A stretch of DNA of 41,566 bases from positions 1 to 41,566 of the forward strand of contig DRMA01000008.1 of assembly GCA_011375245.1 (NCBI GenBank), read 5' to 3'. Of this stretch, positions 36,275-41,566 are shown piece after piece; the first letter of the stretch is position 1, and every line of letters starts with the position of its first letter. The position numbers and the translations under genes are program-made. Origin of the DNA: Thiothrix sp. Lineage in GTDB: Bacteria; Pseudomonadota; Gammaproteobacteria; Thiotrichales; Thiotrichaceae. A model generated the notes under the pieces. It was not told where the DNA came from. It did not search any database and worked only from the letters and a program-made list of their open reading frames with translations.

Positions 36275-38365
36275 ATGACCGATAGTAACGATAATAATGT
36301 GATGGCACACGATCTACTGATTGAATTAGGCACTGAAGAACTACCACCAAAAGCACTAAAAAGCCTTGCAAAAGCGTTTACTTCAGGCGTGGTTAACGGT
36401 TTAAACGATGCCAAACTATCCATGGGTGACGTACAAACCTTCGCAACCCCTCGCCGTTTAGCCATTTTGATTAAATCCGTTGCCAGCCAACAAGCAGACC
36501 AACATATTGAACGTAAAGGCCCCGCCGCCAAAGCAGCACTTGATAAAGACGGCAACCCCAGTCGCGCTATTTTAGGTTTTGCTAAATCCTGTGGTGTGGA
36601 TTATCAAGAGCTGGATAAAATACAAACGGATAAAGGCGAATGGTTTGTCTTTAAACAAACCAAAATAGGACAAAAAACCACTGCACTTATTGAAGCTATT
36701 GTTGCCACTGCACTGGAGAATTTACCCACGCCAAAACGGATGCGCTGGGGAGATAACGATGTTGAATTTGTCCGCCCAGCCAAATGGCTATTAGCACTGT
36801 TTGGCAGTGACATTATTGATATGCAGGTTATGGGTCTAACCGCAGGACGCACTACACGCGGTCATCGCTTCCATCAACAAGGTAATCTTACTATTGATAC
36901 CCCTAGTGATTATGAAGCAGCATTACTAAAAGCTCATGTTGTTGCTGACTTTACTAAACGACGTAATCGCGTTCAACAATTTGCCTTAGAAATTGCTCAG
37001 GAACTCGGTGGACAAGTCATTATTAACCCTGACTTACTTGATGAAGTTACCGCGCTCGTTGAATGGCCTGTTGCCGTATCAGGTTCGTATGACGAAGAGT
37101 TTTTGGATGTTCCCAAAGAATGTCTTATCAGTACTATGGAAGAACATCAAAAATACTTTGCTGTTGTTGATCAGCATGGTGTTTTGCTACCGTATTTTAT
37201 TACCACGAGTAATATCGTCAGCAAAGATCCCAATGTGGTTCGTGAAGGTAATGAACGGGTTATTCGTCCTCGTTTTAGCGATGCCGCTTTTTTCTGGCAA
37301 CAAGATCGAAAACACCCTTTATCAACACATATTGAAGCGACCAAAAAAATCATCTTTCAGCAGCAACTTGGCACTCTGTTTGAAAAAACAGAACGTGTTG
37401 CACAACTAACCGCTGAAATTGCCCAACAAACAGATTCAGACGTTACCGAAGCCAGCCGCGCTGCTACGCTCTCTAAATGTGACTTAATGACTAATATGGT
37501 CAATGAATTCCCTAAGTTACAAGGTATTATGGGACGCTATTATGCCTTACACGATGGCGAAACTGAAAACGTCGCTTATGCACTTGAACAACAATACCAA
37601 CCGCGTTACGCAGGTGATAGCCTCCCCGAAAAGCACTGTGGTCTTATTCTTTCGCTGGCGGATAAACTCGATACCTTAATGGGGATTTTTGCCATTGGAC
37701 AAAAACCGACAGGTACAAAAGACCCCTTTGCATTACGCCGTGCAGCGTTAGGTGTATTGCGTATTATCATTGAAAAAGAGCTTGATCTGGATATTAAACA
37801 GCTTTTAACCTTTGCCGCTACATCATTAAGTGAAAAGGTCGATGCACAACCCCATGTTAATGCAACTTTCGACTATATCCTCGAACGTCTTCATGCCTAT
37901 TATCGAGATCAAGGTATTGCTGCGGATATTATTGATGCCGTTGCCAAACTTAAACCTTCACGTCCACTCGACTTTAACCAACGTGTTCATGCCGTTGCTA
38001 GTTTTCGTGAACTTGATGAAGCTTCCGCATTGGCAGCAGCGAATAAACGTATCAGCAATATCCTCAAAAAACTCAAAAATGCTGCCCCTGAAACCATTGA
38101 TGAAACCTTATTTAGTGAAGATGCCGAAAAAGCTTTATTTGCTGCTGTAACACGCCAACGCGCGATTGTTCTGCCCTTATTTAGACAAGGCGACTATGAA
38201 ATTGCCTTAACCTCACTGGCACAACTGCGTGATCCTGTTGATACCTTTTTCGATAATGTGATGGTGATGACCGATGATGAAGCGATTAAAAATAATCGCT
38301 TGGCATTACTGAATCAGCTACGCAATACCTTTATTGAAGTGGCAGATTTATCGGTGTTGCAATAA
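36275..38365 (+). CDS. glyS: Glycine--tRNA ligase beta subunit
   Basis: 696-aa ORF beginning LLIELGTEELPPKAL. It starts 2 nt after the glyQ stop. Confidence 0.95.
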   Translation: MTDSNDNNVMAHDLLIELGTEELPPKALKSLAKAFTSGVVNGLNDAKLSMGDVQTFATPRRLAILIKSVASQQADQHIERKGPAAKAALDKDGNPSRAILGFAKSCGVDYQELDKIQTDKGEWFVFKQTKIGQKTTALIEAIVATALENLPTPKRMRWGDNDVEFVRPAKWLLALFGSDIIDMQVMGLTAGRTTRGHRFHQQGNLTIDTPSDYEAALLKAHVVADFTKRRNRVQQFALEIAQELGGQVIINPDLLDEVTALVEWPVAVSGSYDEEFLDVPKECLISTMEEHQKYFAVVDQHGVLLPYFITTSNIVSKDPNVVREGNERVIRPRFSDAAFFWQQDRKHPLSTHIEATKKIIFQQQLGTLFEKTERVAQLTAEIAQQTDSDVTEASRAATLSKCDLMTNMVNEFPKLQGIMGRYYALHDGETENVAYALEQQYQPRYAGDSLPEKHCGLILSLADKLDTLMGIFAIGQKPTGTKDPFALRRAALGVLRIIIEKELDLDIKQLLTFAATSLSEKVDAQPHVNATFDYILERLHAYYRDQGIAADIIDAVAKLKPSRPLDFNQRVHAVASFRELDEASALAAANKRISNILKKLKNAAPETIDETLFSEDAEKALFAAVTRQRAIVLPLFRQGDYEIALTSLAQLRDPVDTFFDNVMVMTDDEAIKNNRLALLNQLRNTFIEVADLSVLQ

Positions 38366-38491
38366 GATCGCTTAGCATTATTGAAGCATCTAAATACATT
38401 CGCGCCAAAACCAACAAAAATAGGGCGTGAATAATGGATGCTGATTGATAAAAATAAGATTAGGCTTAATGTCCAAGGAATGGCTTGAGTA

Positions 38492-38541
38492 AGATCATAA
38501 CTTCGATTGGGTGGATAAGGCACGCCATCCACCATGCTACT
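38492..38541. repeat. Family A element fragment
   Basis: The sequence gatcataacttcgattgggtggataaggcacgccatccaccatgctac matches the left part of the 40138 copy, with an internal deletion. Confidence 0.6.
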
Positions 38542-38637
38542 GAATACTGAATTGTTAACCAGCTAATGAAAGATGCCTATTATTTCTCATAAACTCTGTT
38601 AATATTCTATTTATAGAGTATTGTAAAAAGAGGATTT

Positions 38638-40146
38638 ATGAAAATCTTACCGTTCTTTCTCATTATATTTGTACTTGCTCTTTTTCTTAGTGCTTGTGGT
38701 GGCAGTGGTAGAAGTGAGAATAGCAATAATACATTATCAAGATGGCAACCAAGCATTTTTGAGCCTGCAAGTAACTTTGCACAAAAATGTGTCGTGCCAA
38801 CAACATGGATAAATCCTTATAACAATCTACAATTTACCGATACTCAAGGAACAGTCGTTGATGAAAACAACTGGCTTCGCTCTTGGAGTAACGCCTCTTA
38901 TCTGTGGTATGACGAAATCATTGATAAAGATCCCGCTTTATATACCGACCCCGTTGCATATTTTTCCTTATTGAAGACAGAGGCAAGCACGATATCAGGG
39001 AAACCAAAGGATCAATTTCATTTTTCAGTTAGTCTTGCTGAATATGAAACATACTTGACAGCAGTCTCAGCCCGTTATGGTTTTTACTTTCGTGTATTAC
39101 ACCATAGCCCAACAACCGAAGTTGTCATTTTATATACCGAACCCAATTCACCCGCAGCACAAGCTGGTTTGCAACGCGGCACAAAAATAATGGCCGTGGA
39201 TGGCAATGCCTTCGATGTGACTGATTTAGTGCCTGATGGAGTAGATGAAACTCATACTTTCCTTGTATTGGACTCAGGTTCTGTCACGCCAAGAACCGTT
39301 GTTCTCAGTTCTGCGGTTATTACCAACACTCCTGTTCGGCATGTGTCGGTATTCGATACGACAGCAGGTCAAATTGGTTATTTATTATTCACATTTCATG
39401 CAGGCAAGGCTGAGGAGGAGCTTATTAATGCCATCCGTTATTTTGCTGATGAAGGCATTCGTGATCTCGTGCTTGATCTGCGTTATAACAGTGGTGGCTT
39501 GATTGATATTGCCAATCGGTTGAGTTATATGTTGGCTGGATTTGATCAACCTGAACAGCCAATATTTTACTCTCAGCAATTTAATAATAAGTCTCCTGAA
39601 CTGACAAGCCATGTTTTCTCTTCTTTATCATCGGCAGGTGAAACATTACCAACACTCAATCTTGCGCGAGTTTTTATCCTTACGGGGGCATCAACCTGCT
39701 CTGCTTCAGAACTAATTATTAATGGCTTGCGTGGGATTGATGTTGATGTGATACAGGTCGGTGAAACGACCTGCGGTAAACCTTATGGCTTTATCGATCA
39801 AATTAATTGCGGTAGGGTTTATTCGAGTATCAACTTTAAATCATTGAATAATAACAATTTTGGCGATTATGCTGATGGATTTTCGCCCGAAAATAGCATT
39901 GAAACAGCAGGGATACGATTAGCTGGATGTTATGTTGCAGATAATGATTATGAGCATATGCTGGGTGACCCGCAAGAAGCACTCTTCGCTGCCGCACTTC
40001 AATATAGAATTGATGGTTCATGCCCTACCATTTCACCCTCAAGTGTTAGTAAAAAAAGTGCAACTCCAGAGCAGGATTTACTGATTGATAGCAAGCAAAA
40101 TCATCCATTCTGGCGCAATAACATGCGACCATTCATAAGTAGATGA
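38638..40146 (+). CDS. S41-family (C-terminal processing / tricorn-core-like) peptidase lipoprotein
   Basis: 502-aa ORF with the lipobox LSAC|GGSG and a PDZ-like segment SPAAQAGLQRGTKIMAVDGN. The S41 motifs DLVLDLRYNSGG and TCSASELIINGLRG are present. Confidence 0.85.
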   Translation: MKILPFFLIIFVLALFLSACGGSGRSENSNNTLSRWQPSIFEPASNFAQKCVVPTTWINPYNNLQFTDTQGTVVDENNWLRSWSNASYLWYDEIIDKDPALYTDPVAYFSLLKTEASTISGKPKDQFHFSVSLAEYETYLTAVSARYGFYFRVLHHSPTTEVVILYTEPNSPAAQAGLQRGTKIMAVDGNAFDVTDLVPDGVDETHTFLVLDSGSVTPRTVVLSSAVITNTPVRHVSVFDTTAGQIGYLLFTFHAGKAEEELINAIRYFADEGIRDLVLDLRYNSGGLIDIANRLSYMLAGFDQPEQPIFYSQQFNNKSPELTSHVFSSLSSAGETLPTLNLARVFILTGASTCSASELIINGLRGIDVDVIQVGETTCGKPYGFIDQINCGRVYSSINFKSLNNNNFGDYADGFSPENSIETAGIRLAGCYVADNDYEHMLGDPQEALFAAALQYRIDGSCPTISPSSVSKKSATPEQDLLIDSKQNHPFWRNNMRPFISR

Positions 40147-40280
40147 TCATAATTATTTTAACAAAGAGAGCATAGCTTCGTAGGGTAGATAAGGCACGCC
40201 ATCCACTATGCTACGTAGCCATGCGGCGGATGGCGTACCTTATCCGCCCTACAACGTCTTTATTATTTTGTTAAGATATT
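40138..40280. mobile_element. Family A element, full-length MITE-like copy overlapping the last codons of the S41 gene
   Basis: The sequence agtagatgatcataattattttaacaaa is shared, as a reverse complement, with the end of the 9866-9963 copy. This means element sequence includes the AGA TGA end of the CDS. Two inverted GGATAAGG palindromes sit inside. Confidence 0.75.
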
Positions 40281-40339
40281 AAGGTAAGTATTTAACAGTA
40301 GATGGTAGCTCATACATCAAGAAATATATTGATTCGATT

Positions 40340-40374
40340 TTTAACCAAAGTGGCAAACTAGTTGAGTTTGCCAC
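40340..40374 (-). terminator. Rho-independent terminator downstream of purL
   Basis: On the minus strand the stem gtggcaaact/agtttgccac has a 5-nt loop and is followed by TTTGGTT. It lies about 100 nt after the purL stop. Confidence 0.5.
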
Positions 40375-40470
40375 CTAAGCCCAAGAATGCTTATTTTTTA
40401 CACATAACTAAGACTGTTTTTGCGTTTTAAAGTAAAAAGTCAAATCGCTTAGGTTATTTAGTTTTTCTTT

Positions 40471-41566
40471 CTAATCCACAAACACTCGCGCATTCCTAAA
40501 CATACGCATCCAAGCGCCATCTTCGCCCCATTCATCAGGCTTCCATGAATACTGTACGCTCCTAAATAAGCGTTCTGGATGGGGCATCATAATGGTAAAT
40601 TGCCCGCTTTCGGTGGTTAAGCCCGTAATACCTGCGGGTGAACCATTCGGGTTATACGGATAATCTTCCGCTACCTTTCCCGCATGATCAACATAACGCA
40701 AACTCACTGTACCTGTGTCAACAACAGCTTGTACATCATGCCCTTGTTCAGCAAATACCGCACGTCCTTCGCCATGGGAGACGGCAACGGGTAATAAAGA
40801 GCCTTCCATGCCTTGTAGGAAAATAGAGGGTGATTTCATTACTTCAACCGTACTCAAACGTGCCTCAAACTGCTCGGAGAAGTTACGATGAAAACGTGGC
40901 CAATGTTCGGCATTAGGAATTATGTCCTTAATTTGAGAGAACATCTGACAGCCATTACATACTCCCAAAGCAAACACATCATCGCGTGCGAAAAACGCAC
41001 TAAATGTCTCTGTCACTTGGCTATTAAGCAAGATGGATTTTGCCCACCCTCCCCCTGCACCCAACACATCGCCATAAGAAAAACCACCACAGGCAACAAC
41101 CCCTGAAAAGCCATCAAAAGTAATGCGTCCATCAATAATATCGGTCATATGCACATCAACCGCACGAAAACCTGCTTTATTAAACGCTGCTGCCATTTCT
41201 TGCTGACCATTCACACCCTGCTCACGCAAAATGGCCACTGATGGACGCGTATGGTTAATATACGGCGCGGCAATATTCTCATTAATATCAAAACTTAAAT
41301 CAACGGGTATACCCCTATTATTAGGTGTGGCAATCGACTCAAATTCTTGTTGGGCGCAGGTTTCATTATCACGCAATGCTTGCATACGGTAACTGGTTTC
41401 AGCCCAATATTGCTGTAAAGTCACTCTAGAAGCCGCATACACTGTTTCGTCAGCCCAGCTAAAGCGTATTTCATCATCATAATTTAATTGACCAATAACA
41501 TGCGAGTGCTTTGCTAAGCCTGCTTCACGTAAAATAGACAATACATCTTCTGTATCAGAATGATGC
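40471..41566 (-). CDS. purL: Phosphoribosylformylglycinamidine synthase (large PurL). Only the C-terminal glutamine amidotransferase part is present because the gene runs off the right edge.
   Basis: Motifs GVCNGCQMF (nucleophile Cys) and [10 protein letters not shown] are present. The frame stays open to the window end. Confidence 0.9.
   Translation of the reverse strand, partial: HHSDTEDVLSILREAGLAKHSHVIGQLNYDDEIRFSWADETVYAASRVTLQQYWAETSYRMQALRDNETCAQQEFESIATPNNRGIPVDLSFDINENIAAPYINHTRPSVAILREQGVNGQQEMAAAFNKAGFRAVDVHMTDIIDGRITFDGFSGVVACGGFSYGDVLGAGGGWAKSILLNSQVTETFSAFFARDDVFALGVCNGCQMFSQIKDIIPNAEHWPRFHRNFSEQFEARLSTVEVMKSPSIFLQGMEGSLLPVAVSHGEGRAVFAEQGHDVQAVVDTGTVSLRYVDHAGKVAEDYPYNPNGSPAGITGLTTESGQFTIMMPHPERLFRSVQYSWKPDEWGEDGAWMRMFRNARVFVD

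Noticed and set aside
38314-38535. 73-aa minus-strand ORF between glyS and the S41 gene
   Set aside because: It overlaps the glyS 3' end and a family A repeat fragment. Its start (MVDGVPYPPN) is translated repeat sequence.
3361-40280. Whether the recurring palindromic repeats could be a CRISPR array
   Set aside because: The copies are kilobases apart, in both orientations, of different lengths and separated by genes. There is no regular repeat-spacer structure and there are no cas genes.

Overview
This is an AT-rich chromosomal segment with gammaproteobacterium-like gene order, and most of it is housekeeping. On the minus strand at 1-7435 lies a riboswitch-led cobalamin operon of the early-cobalt-insertion type (cbtB-cbtA-cbiA-cobO-cbiF-cbiX-cbiC-cbiD-cbiE), followed by bluB. 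The rest includes divergent metR/metE, pheA, rpsF-rpsR-DUF2232-rplI, argD/argF, typA, a truncated haemoglobin, an AraC regulator, type III glutamine synthetase, a BON-OmpA protein, a PP-loop ATPase, glyQS, an S41 lipoprotein peptidase and the 3' part of purL. I found no CRISPR array, tRNA or rRNA gene, integrase, transposase or recognisable defence system. The clearly accessory part is about 9.75-14.6 kb. It holds a lambda-O-like replication initiator gene with an internal 66-bp tandem repeat, next to an ori-like region (T tracts, a GTTTGTCT microsatellite, two iteron-like 40-bp repeats with palindromic cores). It also holds a very AT-rich 0.8-kb spacer and a secreted aspzincin (M35-like) metalloprotease with a triple C-terminal repeat. 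The protease cassette is bracketed by a 72-bp near-identical direct repeat, which is the 3' end of the rep gene plus an orphan copy. Two families of palindromic intergenic repeats are scattered through the window, and one copy supplies the stop codon of the S41 peptidase gene. Other items worth a second look are a 445-bp structured spacer inside the arg operon, a secreted Gly/Asn/Ala-rich low-complexity protein, and a membrane protein translationally coupled to the haemoglobin. All functional calls rest on motifs I recognised by eye in the translations; no database search was run.
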